A stretch of DNA of 64,000 bases. It comes from a virus. Lineage: Duplodnaviria; Caudoviricetes. The stretch spans positions 1-64,000 of the IMG/VR virus record IMGVR_UViG_3300033067_000628; one strand, 5' to 3'. Below, piece by piece: positions 56,449-64,000 of the stretch. The translations under genes were made by a program, and so were the position numbers. Each line of letters opens with the position of its first letter. The first letter of the stretch is position 1. A model generated the notes under the pieces. The model was not told where the DNA came from. It saw only the letters and a program-made list of their open reading frames with translations, and did no database searches.

Positions 56449-57212
56449 TATGGGAGTCTTTCATTAGGAGTCCAGATACCTGGGGCTTGTTTATTCTTAT
56501 CTATCTCAGTAGCTAAGCCATAAGGTACACTAGGATCTGTATAGCCTGCAGACTTCCAGGAGACAAAGGTCTCACCTCTATTAGGCGTAGGTAAGCTACC
56601 AAAAGAAAGCTTATGACGATCTACAGTAGATAGCTTATCTGGGAAAGCTAGATCATCCGGCGTCTTAGTCTTAGGGAAGTTAGCCAATAGCTTCTCTACA
56701 TTAGAAGCTAAGAAAGGGGTGACGCTTTCTGCTACGTAAGTATATGTATACTCTTGATACATATCATCTACGGAGTAAGCAGTACCCCAGTTGATTATTC
56801 TGACACCTTCAATTACTTGCGCAGCTACTCCACCTGTTTCATTTTGAGCTGTGAGTATTATATCAAAGGCAGGCATACCATCTATATGCCAAGTGTCATC
56901 TTGTGTAGAGGAAGAGCTTAATGCGTCCTGAGCGAAGATCTCAGCAAAGGGATCCTCTTCAGCTACAATAAAGATGAGTGTACCTGCTACTGTTCGTGCA
57001 CCCTTACCAAAAAAGCGGGGCCTTGATTCGCCACATCGTCTTACAGGTGATATAGAAGCAGTAGAGCTTACGGTTATAGTGTGTACGTTACTTGATAGCT
57101 TGAATGGCTTTCTAGCTATAAGCGTAGGTTCAGATATAGGTATACTAAATATAACACCTATATCAGTACCATTAAAGGTCTGTAACTCAGAGTTCTTGGG
57201 AAGGTTAGCCAT
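56448..57212 (-). CDS. Tail tube-like protein (tube initiator)
   Basis: TFNGTDI...RFFGKGARTVAGTLIF and FDIILTA...IINWGTAYSVDD...TYVAE are paralogous to the tube. Start moved to 57212 (MANLP) because the longer start lies inside the terminator hairpin. Confidence 0.75.
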   Translation of the reverse strand: MANLPKNSELQTFNGTDIGVIFSIPISEPTLIARKPFKLSSNVHTITVSSTASISPVRRCGESRPRFFGKGARTVAGTLIFIVAEEDPFAEIFAQDALSSSSTQDDTWHIDGMPAFDIILTAQNETGGVAAQVIEGVRIINWGTAYSVDDMYQEYTYTYVAESVTPFLASNVEKLLANFPKTKTPDDLAFPDKLSTVDRHKLSFGSLPTPNRGETFVSWKSAGYTDPSVPYGLATEIDKNKQAPGIWTPNERLP

Positions 57213-57218
57213 AGGTAT

Positions 57219-57252
57219 AAAATAAAGGCAGGGTGGCAAGAACCACCCTGCC
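57219..57252 (-). terminator. Rho-independent terminator after the tail tube gene
   Basis: Perfect 10-bp stem GGCAGGGTGG-TTCTTG-CCACCCTGCC (57227-57252) followed by TTTATTTT on the minus strand. Confidence 0.85.
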
Positions 57253-57286
57253 CCACTATGAGGTTACAACCAAGGTAGCGGCCCTA

Positions 57287-57958
57287 TTAGGGCTTGTCGG
57301 CCTGGCCGATTGTAAAGCCAGGTATTTCAACTGGAGCAAACGCTTGCCATGGTGTGATACCACGAGCGATGAATGTGCAGGCTTCATCTGTAGTGATATC
57401 ATCAATGCTCATACCAGAGCCACAGTTGAGTATTTCTACTCCGTGGACTCTCATTACGGCATTGTTACCATACTCGCTAACAGCAGTGATAACTATCTCG
57501 AATGGCAGGATCTGGTCATGGTACATAGGACGAGCTAGTACCTTGTCCAGGCTGATTTGATTAAGACCATTGTTGCCAATGGCAGAACCGAATGTACCTG
57601 CAAGAGATGTTAAACCACTGACAGTAAGGGCAGGGACAGTTGCTCTTACACCAATCGTATCTGCTAGGATACCTGCTGGTTCGTTTACCCAGGCGAGGAA
57701 GCCTGTGTCACCGAATGCATCAAGCATTGCTGATCTATCAAATACCATGAAGATAAGAGAGCCGGCTATGCCTCTCTTACCTCTTGAGAAAGAACGAGGG
57801 TCAGCAGCACCCATTGTGTAGATCGGAGCCTTCTCTCTCTGAACAGTATAGCTGATCCCCTGGATCTCACCAACAAGGTGGCCACCGAGAGTGACCATCA
57901 TGTCTGTGCCAGAGAAAGAGTTATATGTCTTAGAGAAGCTCGACATTGTATTAGTCAT
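57287..57958 (-). CDS. Major tail tube protein
   Basis: SFSGTDM...GEIQGISYTVQREKAPIYTMG...RSFSRGKRGIAGSLIF tube motif. Directly after the sheath, with a strong SD, and followed by a terminator. Confidence 0.88.
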   Translation of the reverse strand: MTNTMSSFSKTYNSFSGTDMMVTLGGHLVGEIQGISYTVQREKAPIYTMGAADPRSFSRGKRGIAGSLIFMVFDRSAMLDAFGDTGFLAWVNEPAGILADTIGVRATVPALTVSGLTSLAGTFGSAIGNNGLNQISLDKVLARPMYHDQILPFEIVITAVSEYGNNAVMRVHGVEILNCGSGMSIDDITTDEACTFIARGITPWQAFAPVEIPGFTIGQADKP

Positions 57959-57964
57959 ACTTTA

Positions 57965-57970
57965 CTCCTT
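57965..57970 (-). promoter_or_regulatory. Shine-Dalgarno site (AAGGAG) of the tail tube gene
   Basis: AAGGAG 6 nt upstream of the ATG at 57958. Similar sites occur at 59514-59519, 37001-37006 and 2163-2168. Confidence 0.75.
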
Positions 57971-57977
57971 TACTAGC

Positions 57978-59507
57978 TTATAGTTCCTTGGCTAGTGAGA
58001 TATTAACGTTAATATTGGTAAGCTCGAATGCCGGAACGAGAGTCAAGTCTACCGTGGACTCACCCAAGACCTGTTGGTCTGGTGAAGCCGAAACGAAGAA
58101 TCTATAAGCTGTGATAGCTCTAGCTTGCTTCATTTGTCTAAGTGCCTTGTCAATTTCAGCTGACAAAGCATTGCGTGATGGAGCAGTGTTTGGCTCACCA
58201 ATAAATCTATCACCAATAGAACGTATGATCTCGATAGTAGCATCTACGATACGTTGTGTTGATAGAAGATTAAAGTCTGAGCGTACGTACTTGCTAACAT
58301 TGTGAGCACCAGTTACACCCTTAGACACAACGAAGCCGTTTGATCTTGTTTGGAAACAAGTTAAACGTCTACCAGTCAATCTGTTGCACTGTGATGCAGA
58401 CAGGTTATTGGCAGGAGCAAGGTTTGGAATTTGCTTGTTCGTTGTAGCTGATTGAGGTGGAAGTGTGCTAATCAAGCCAGCATAAGCTGCAGCACCGTTT
58501 GTGTTATAGCGTGTTTCATCTGCACCAGCACCAAGAGTCAATGCCATTCTTGGTGTTGTTACTGAAGCTGTCTTCAAAGGTGAAGCAATAACGACGAGTC
58601 TGTTACCAGCATCGACTCTATTGTTTCTTTGGTCAACTACTGGAGAGCCAGCAGTATCCTTACCTTGGAAGTATGTCCAGTAAGCAGAGTTAACTGCAGT
58701 AGCAGAGTTGGCTAGGGTTAGCCAAGACTGATAACTACCATTGGTATCTTCTGATCCAGCTAAGAAGCCAGAGAAGGTTGGTATAGCAGCCAAGCTAACG
58801 AGAGGTGTGCCGCCTGTTCTTGTTAGATACCTTTCCCATTCTGCAACGAGTGCAGTAGAGGTATCACCAAAGAACAAGGTAGAGTTAGCTGTGTTGAGTG
58901 CAGTTACCTCACCGCTCAGTGCAGCAGAGATAGAAGCACTACCTGTTAGTGTGGTCTTGTATGTTGCAGCCCAGTGTATTGGAGGCATTACACCTATTAC
59001 ACCAATGCATGGGTTGTCTGTGTTTGAAGCAGCACCATAGCAGAACTGTGCAAGTTGATCAGTGAACTTGCCAGACACACCAGTCGCGTCTGCCCATGCG
59101 TTAACAGGGACAACTACGTCTAGAGGTCTGTCTGCTATTGCGTCGTATGCCAAAGCTAAGTCAGCGTAACGTAGAGAAGCACCATTGCCAACTGGACTGA
59201 TATATGAGTCCAGAGCAGCACCACTATAGTTACCAATGACTACAACTTCAACAGTACCAGCACCGGCCCCGTATGCTTCTTCAATTGCAAGTGCGAGCTC
59301 ACCAGGGAAGACCCCAGAAGCACCACTAAAATATAATGCAGCAGCGGCTGCTCCTACGTTTGACACTATCTGAGGTTCTCTCAGAGCTATACCTGTGTTA
59401 GAGGTAACACCAAGTAGTGTAACTTTAGGACCAGCGGGAGGCGGTGCAATCTGTAAGCCAAGGTCATTGAGTGTTACCGCAAGACCCGGAATGTTCGGAT
59501 AAGCCAT
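57978..59507 (-). CDS. Tail sheath protein
   Basis: C-terminal sheath domain LLSTQRIVDATIEIIRSIGDRFIGEPN...RNALSAEIDKAL...VDLTLVPAFEL. AGGAGA SD. Confidence 0.92.
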   Translation of the reverse strand: MAYPNIPGLAVTLNDLGLQIAPPPAGPKVTLLGVTSNTGIALREPQIVSNVGAAAAALYFSGASGVFPGELALAIEEAYGAGAGTVEVVVIGNYSGAALDSYISPVGNGASLRYADLALAYDAIADRPLDVVVPVNAWADATGVSGKFTDQLAQFCYGAASNTDNPCIGVIGVMPPIHWAATYKTTLTGSASISAALSGEVTALNTANSTLFFGDTSTALVAEWERYLTRTGGTPLVSLAAIPTFSGFLAGSEDTNGSYQSWLTLANSATAVNSAYWTYFQGKDTAGSPVVDQRNNRVDAGNRLVVIASPLKTASVTTPRMALTLGAGADETRYNTNGAAAYAGLISTLPPQSATTNKQIPNLAPANNLSASQCNRLTGRRLTCFQTRSNGFVVSKGVTGAHNVSKYVRSDFNLLSTQRIVDATIEIIRSIGDRFIGEPNTAPSRNALSAEIDKALRQMKQARAITAYRFFVSASPDQQVLGESTVDLTLVPAFELTNINVNISLAKEL

Positions 59508-59517
59508 ATCTTATCTC

Positions 59518-60600
59518 CTAAGAAAGATTGCCATCGTTTATTGTTAAATCACCAAATAAGTAATTGCCATTAGAGTCTCTGAACAACGCATTGTATTCTT
59601 GATCTGAGATCGGGCCAGCAATCTTTTGATCAGCAATATAACGTTCGGTATCATCACTGATACCTTCTGAAAGATCAATATTATAATCTATCTTTGTCAA
59701 ATCTCTACGAACAACTTCATCAATTTCTTCGGTTCTAAAATAGAACTGTACCGTTCTTACTACGAGATCTTGCCTCCACTTCGAAACAGTAGCATCTTTC
59801 AGGCGCTGCCAATAGATAATCTGCTGGACGCCATTCTTCTTCAGGACCCATTGATAAAGATTCATAAACTTCTCAAACCAATTAACCAGACGATTGGCAG
59901 TGAAGTTATCGAGCGTGCAGCAGTCGAACTGCACTAGGTTGTCAAAAGATTGTGCGTATATCTCTACAGTATGAGCTGGGTTAGAGTCAAACTTAACAGA
60001 TTCACGCAATCTCTTTCGGTAGTCTTTTTGAGGACCAAAGGGTGTTTTCCCGATGCTCCCAGGTTCTTTCCGTACTAAAGAATATACTATTGTGGGCTGC
60101 ATAGGCCCCTTGTCAATCATTATACCAGCAGAGGTTTGGCCTTCATTGCCAACCATGTTAGGTGACTCTTCAGTGAAGCGAACTCTATGAGTGCTATCTA
60201 AGAGCTCAAGCTTTTCAGACTTAAGAGTCTCTGGCGGTGTGATACAGACAAGACGTACTAAGCCTTCCCATTTCTTTGTAATGGGATTGACTATTGTTTC
60301 TTTAACGGTATAGATCTCGCCTGTGGTTTGGTTTTTAATACGTTCACCAGGCTGAGGTTCATGAAACAGATTAGGCATTAACAATAATGACTTATCTGAC
60401 TTATTAGTAACGTATGTTGATTGATACTTATTAAGCAGTATAGAGATGAGTATCATTGACTCATCAAAGTTAACTACCCTATCAGCCCGCATCTTGCGTA
60501 GTGGGTAGCTATAATGTGAACTTACCCTGTAGGCTGCAATGAGATCTACAGGGTCTTCTAAGTTAGAAGGTCTACCAAAGCTATCGTTTGATTGTGACAT
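59518..60600 (-). CDS. Neck/tail-terminator-like protein
   Basis: RKEPG...QSFDNLVQFDC...ANRLVNWFEKFM...YFRTEE, located immediately upstream of the sheath. Confidence 0.55.
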   Translation of the reverse strand: MSQSNDSFGRPSNLEDPVDLIAAYRVSSHYSYPLRKMRADRVVNFDESMILISILLNKYQSTYVTNKSDKSLLLMPNLFHEPQPGERIKNQTTGEIYTVKETIVNPITKKWEGLVRLVCITPPETLKSEKLELLDSTHRVRFTEESPNMVGNEGQTSAGIMIDKGPMQPTIVYSLVRKEPGSIGKTPFGPQKDYRKRLRESVKFDSNPAHTVEIYAQSFDNLVQFDCCTLDNFTANRLVNWFEKFMNLYQWVLKKNGVQQIIYWQRLKDATVSKWRQDLVVRTVQFYFRTEEIDEVVRRDLTKIDYNIDLSEGISDDTERYIADQKIAGPISDQEYNALFRDSNGNYLFGDLTINDGNLS

Positions 60601-61091
60601 TAAGGCCTTTGAAAGTTCTTCTCTGATACATTACAATGCCAATACTCTATACGACCATTGTTATCACCAGGCATTGGCAATGCATTCTCTATCTTGAAAG
60701 AACGTATAACTTTGAATGGCTGTACAGGTTGGTTATTGGCATTAAGCTCTAGCTCTAATATCCAATCAGTATTCTTTGGCTCTGCTTGGTACTGTAGTAT
60801 ATACACCTGTACTTGGGTATTGATTATACCAACAGGCGTTCTGAAATCAACCCCAGGCTGTAATTCAAATCGATAACCTTGTACTAAGTTATCAATGAAG
60901 CTATAGCCTATATTCATACAGGACTTGCAAGTAGCCCGGGGCTGATTATGAAACTCATCGTTAACCTGGGTACACTCAGTGCATGGTTTCGTTAAGTCAG
61001 CTATTCTAATAGCTACCCAACGATGGTGCAAGCCTAGCTTCTGAAGAAGCTTAAGCTCTTTCCTAAAGTCTATCCAAGTTAAACGAGTCAT
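60600..61091 (-). CDS. Head closure/stopper-like neck protein with Zn-finger insertion
   Basis: CTEC...CKSCMNIGY four-Cys motif followed by a beta-barrel-like C-terminus. Neck position. Confidence 0.55.
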   Translation of the reverse strand: MTRLTWIDFRKELKLLQKLGLHHRWVAIRIADLTKPCTECTQVNDEFHNQPRATCKSCMNIGYSFIDNLVQGYRFELQPGVDFRTPVGIINTQVQVYILQYQAEPKNTDWILELELNANNQPVQPFKVIRSFKIENALPMPGDNNGRIEYWHCNVSEKNFQRP

Positions 61092-61291
61092 TACTGAGCA
61101 GTCTTACCTAAGATTTTAATCTCTGGTGTTAGAGGTGCTATGCCAACTCTCTCTTTGTTAAGAGGATTGATTGGAGCAACAAAGCCTTGAGGACCGCCAG
61201 GTTGGCCTGCTGCTTTATTTTGATTCATCTCTTGCATGACCTGGTTAATTATCTTGAGATGTTCTGGATTATTTTGTGATTGTGGTATCAT
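61091..61291 (-). CDS. Small hypothetical protein
   Basis: 66 aa, Q/P/N-rich, fills the gap exactly (2-nt gap upstream, TAATG overlap downstream). Confidence 0.55.
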   Translation of the reverse strand: MIPQSQNNPEHLKIINQVMQEMNQNKAAGQPGGPQGFVAPINPLNKERVGIAPLTPEIKILGKTAQ

Positions 61292-61293
61292 AG

Positions 61294-62652
61294 TTACATT
61301 GGGTATTGGTAAGGGACATTGGAAGCCTGACGGTTCAATAGCGTATTAGACATAGGTATGTTTTCTTGCCAGTACTTAAATCTAATATCACATATAGCAG
61401 GGTGAACACCATGCCACAACCGATCAGGCGTATATGGTATATAGATTGCATTATCTATACGAGCTATAAGCTTCTTAACAGCATCAATAGCATCCAATGC
61501 ATCTTGTGCTTCTTCTAAGGCACGCTTGTACTTAAGAGCTTGCTGACCTACTAAGTAGTCTATAGATATATCAAAGTCACCAAGGCGTCTTCTAGTACCG
61601 GCAACTAAGGCTTTCTCTAGCTCCTTATCGTCAAGGATATCAAGTATAGTTTGGTTAACTACATACTTGTATGCTATATACTGTGGAGAGCCAGGATTAA
61701 AAGCGGGCCATCTTTGAATGACTATGATTGTGTTCTTCAAAAGCAATGATGCAATATACTCATCATTGAGCTCATCAGATGCAGCAGACAGTTCATTCCT
61801 TAGGTAGTTAGGTCCAGATATCTTAGGATATCTATCAGTAGTAAATGAAAGCTTATAAGCATTAGGGCCTAGCTGTGTGCCAGCAGTAGAGGTTATACTC
61901 TCACTGAGCTTTACTTGAACAGCAGCATTCTTTGGAATCTCTGCATCAAAGTTAATATACAGATACTGTCCTGATACAGACAAGCCTGTCATATTAGGTA
62001 TGGTACCAGTACCAAAGGTTGTACCACTAGCAAGGTACAGATCCATATCCATCATTGGATATACATTGACTGAAGCCCAGTCCTGTGTAAGGCCAGATAG
62101 AGCTGTATTAAACTTTATGTAGCATTGGTTATATCCATTAATGCTACCGGATACATCTGCTGTATGGTTCTTAGGAAAGCTAGTCTCTACTGCTAGATCT
62201 CCAAGAGCTTTTACGTTAACTGGTAACCTTAGGTCACCTTCAAGAGAAAGGTCGGCCGAGTCTTTATCTACTCTAGAGTCATCTATATAGATTCTAGTAC
62301 CAGTAGTAAATAGAACTTCTAGTGTATCAGTAAGTACATCACCAGAACCAGATTCAGTTATAACGTAGCTAGAGCTGATAGCAGCATCAGTACCAGGGAA
62401 CCGTATTGAATAGACTGTATTCTCAGCTAATACACTTAGCTGTGTAATAGTCACAACTCTAGTTGTGGTATTATAAGATACATCTATAGGTACTACACTT
62501 TGTGTAGCTACATTATATAGCTGTACAGAGTTAAGGGTAATTGAAGAGGATGTCAGTCCTGGAGAAGCAAACGTAACATACAAAGGAACGTTAAGGAAAA
62601 CGTCACTAGCGTTTGCTAAAGGATTGCTTGTAGAGATTACAGGTACTGACAT
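61294..62652 (-). CDS. Head-tail adaptor with N-terminal Ig-like (Big_5/SbsA-type) domains
   Basis: PVISTSNPLANASDVFLNVPLYVTF...LAENTVYSIRF...FTTG is Ig-like, with a second Ig-like unit after it. The C-terminal helical adaptor-like region contains RRRLGDFDISIDY. Confidence 0.6.
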   Translation of the reverse strand: MSVPVISTSNPLANASDVFLNVPLYVTFASPGLTSSSITLNSVQLYNVATQSVVPIDVSYNTTTRVVTITQLSVLAENTVYSIRFPGTDAAISSSYVITESGSGDVLTDTLEVLFTTGTRIYIDDSRVDKDSADLSLEGDLRLPVNVKALGDLAVETSFPKNHTADVSGSINGYNQCYIKFNTALSGLTQDWASVNVYPMMDMDLYLASGTTFGTGTIPNMTGLSVSGQYLYINFDAEIPKNAAVQVKLSESITSTAGTQLGPNAYKLSFTTDRYPKISGPNYLRNELSAASDELNDEYIASLLLKNTIIVIQRWPAFNPGSPQYIAYKYVVNQTILDILDDKELEKALVAGTRRRLGDFDISIDYLVGQQALKYKRALEEAQDALDAIDAVKKLIARIDNAIYIPYTPDRLWHGVHPAICDIRFKYWQENIPMSNTLLNRQASNVPYQYPM

Positions 62653-62661
62653 CGTTTAGCC

Positions 62662-63318
62662 TTATGCTCCGAGGAAGTCGTCTATTGCTTTATTCTTTTG
62701 AGCAGCAGTAAGAGGAGTTTCTATTTCAGATATATCTTTACCCTTACCTTTGCCTTTTCGTTTATCAGCAGGACGGCTATCACTCTGGATAACTTTTGTA
62801 GTTGGATCTATTGTAACTACGTACGCTTCTGGGTCATCTTCACGATCTTCTACTACATAGTCTGGACCTTCATATGCACTAAGGCCAGCTTTAAGGAAGG
62901 TAATCCAATCAGCCCGGTTTCTTACCTTCTGCTCATCAGCTATACAAGCTGAGAGAATCTCTTTAGCAGAATAGTTGCCTTCAGACTTCTTATGTACAAG
63001 ATCAATAAATGGTGCTTTGTTAGGAGGAGTTAAAGTGCGTCTCAATAGGGCTAGATACTTTGGTATCGTATTGTCATCCTTTTGCTTAGCAGGTATATAT
63101 ACCTTACCCGGGACGAGAGTGCCAGTATTGATTGCACCTTGAAGCTGCATTGCTTCAGTATCCGTAAGGCCTTCTGGAATCACAAGGCACCAAGCCTTTG
63201 CCGTAAACCATACCTTAGGCTGCTTATCGCCTATACCAAGTATAGATGCCTTACGTTGATCGAGGGAAAAGATGGCACCTGCAAAGTTTTTAATGTTACC
63301 TAGTTTTTGTTCAGTCAT
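62662..63318 (-). CDS. Hypothetical protein following the major capsid gene
   Basis: 218 aa, with a charged C-terminus including RKGKGKGK. No family recognised. Confidence 0.6.
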   Translation of the reverse strand: MTEQKLGNIKNFAGAIFSLDQRKASILGIGDKQPKVWFTAKAWCLVIPEGLTDTEAMQLQGAINTGTLVPGKVYIPAKQKDDNTIPKYLALLRRTLTPPNKAPFIDLVHKKSEGNYSAKEILSACIADEQKVRNRADWITFLKAGLSAYEGPDYVVEDREDDPEAYVVTIDPTTKVIQSDSRPADKRKGKGKGKDISEIETPLTAAQKNKAIDDFLGA

Positions 63319-63330
63319 AGTGTTAACCTA

Positions 63331-63376
63331 ATAGAAGAAAGCCCCTGGGAGGATTTCCTCCCAAGGGCTACTTTTT
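63331..63376. terminator. Rho-independent (possibly bidirectional) terminator after the major capsid gene
   Basis: 13-bp stem at 63340-63369 (one G.U pair on the minus strand), loop AAAT. It is followed by TTCTTCTAT on the minus strand and by CTTTTT on the plus strand. Confidence 0.85.
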
Positions 63377-63401
63377 ACGTTACTCTATGTCAGCTCAGGG
63401 C

Positions 63402-64000
63402 TTAGTAGGTTGCGTTGAACAGAGCAGACTGGTTACCACCATAATCACCAGTGAAGCTATTTGTGAGACCAGTGAGGTCAATATTGGTTTGAACGTTGTG
63501 ACCGTAGTCGAAGTTCTTACCGAGGTAAACACCTTTGATTATACCCATACCTTGACCGTTATTGATTGCAGCCATGCCATAACGTTCACGAAGTTTTGTC
63601 TTCATGATATCATGGGCTGGATCGTTCCAGGTTTCTGTTTGGACAGTCTCGTCAACTACTAGCACACCCATTTCATTGGAATTGCACAAGATCATGTCTG
63701 TGACGTTTTGTGTAGCGTCATATGGCATGTAAGGTGAAACAACAATTCTGAATGGATATGGGAACATAGACGGCATATTGGTATATGTCGTGGCTAGTTG
63801 CTGTGGTGCAGTAACCTGGGTGTTTTGGAGTAAACCATTCATTCCAGAGCTACGCCACTGAGGTGCATTACCTGGCATACCTTGCATATGACTCCACATG
63901 GCCCCGCCATTATGGAAGCCGAATACTCTTTGGAGAGCTTCGTCTGCGAAGATAGTCCAAGCGAATGGGTTCATGATGAGAGTATCAGGAATGAACCCTC
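63402..64000 (-). CDS. Major capsid protein (HK97 fold), 3' part; gene extends beyond the window
   Basis: The frame is open to the edge (GFIPDTLIMNPFAW...). It contains RIVVSPYMPY and TETWNDPAHDIMKTKLRERYGMAAIN, typical of the MCP P-domain C-terminus, and is followed by a strong terminator. Confidence 0.85.
   Translation of the reverse strand, partial: GFIPDTLIMNPFAWTIFADEALQRVFGFHNGGAMWSHMQGMPGNAPQWRSSGMNGLLQNTQVTAPQQLATTYTNMPSMFPYPFRIVVSPYMPYDATQNVTDMILCNSNEMGVLVVDETVQTETWNDPAHDIMKTKLRERYGMAAINNGQGMGIIKGVYLGKNFDYGHNVQTNIDLTGLTNSFTGDYGGNQSALFNATY

Larger units (their letters stand above)
1..64000 (-). other. Morphogenesis (head-neck-tail-baseplate-fibre) module of a large contractile-tailed bacteriophage
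   Basis: 37 consecutive minus-strand ORFs in canonical myovirus order (capsid, neck, sheath, tube, chaperones, tape-measure locus, hub, gp25-like, baseplate J, fibres). There are almost no intergenic gaps and no host housekeeping genes. Confidence 0.95.

Noticed and set aside
57213-57239. N-terminal extension MPPCLYFIP of the 263-aa ORF
   Set aside because: It overlaps the terminator stem and U-tract. Homology to the tube begins after MANLP at 57212.
5836-59520. Stop-codon reassignment (TAG/TGA read-through) as in some large phages
   Set aside because: Genes are full length under the standard code. TAG ends genes at 5838, 50290 and 59518, and TGA at 20714, each next to a proper downstream start.
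62737-62760. RKGKGKGK repeat in the 218-aa protein as a DNA-binding motif
   Set aside because: Too short and low-complexity to support any functional call.
1015-63662. Numerous short plus-strand ORFs and nested minus-strand ORFs in the six-frame track
   Set aside because: All lie within or antisense to long coupled minus-strand genes, lack SD and coherent motifs, and are expected shadow ORFs.
1-64000. Extracellular contractile injection system/tailocin, CRISPR array, tRNA genes, inteins, DGR template/variable repeats
   Set aside because: A major capsid gene and neck genes indicate a true phage. No spaced direct repeats, cloverleafs, intein splice motifs, reverse transcriptase or near-identical repeat pair were seen by eye; a computational self-alignment would be needed to exclude them fully.

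Overview
The whole window is one co-oriented (minus-strand), very tightly packed virion morphogenesis region of a large, probably jumbo, contractile-tailed (myovirus-type) phage, read in the standard genetic code at roughly 40% GC (visual estimate). Read right to left it encodes: the 3' part of an HK97-type major capsid protein, a terminator, neck/head-tail joining genes, tail sheath, tail tube plus two tube paralogues, two paralogous tail assembly chaperones, two giant proteins at the tape-measure position (1468 and 1795 aa), a 2257-aa baseplate hub, spike candidate, gp25-like and baseplate J-like wedge proteins, and then about 35 kb of baseplate/fibre/appendage genes. The most notable signal is inside the 1795-aa tape-measure-locus protein: a collinear series of motifs matching the beta and beta' double-psi beta-barrels of two-barrel RNA polymerases, including an intact DxDxD triad (RDNDKD), suggesting a virion-packaged, injected RNAP or a pseudo-RNAP. 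Second, a complete Cys-type sulfatase without a signal peptide is translationally coupled into the tail-appendage operon, near a pectin-lyase-like beta-helix protein, LamG lectin domains and a possible six-hairpin glycosidase-like domain. Together these suggest a virion-borne kit for sulfated host glycans. Smaller observations include a four-member paralogous appendage family, an unannotated 32-codon CxxC micro-ORF resembling a homing-endonuclease relic, and a basic Met-rich 67-aa peptide. No tRNA, rRNA, CRISPR array, integrase or endolysin was recognised. All functional calls come from motif recognition by eye, with no database searches.
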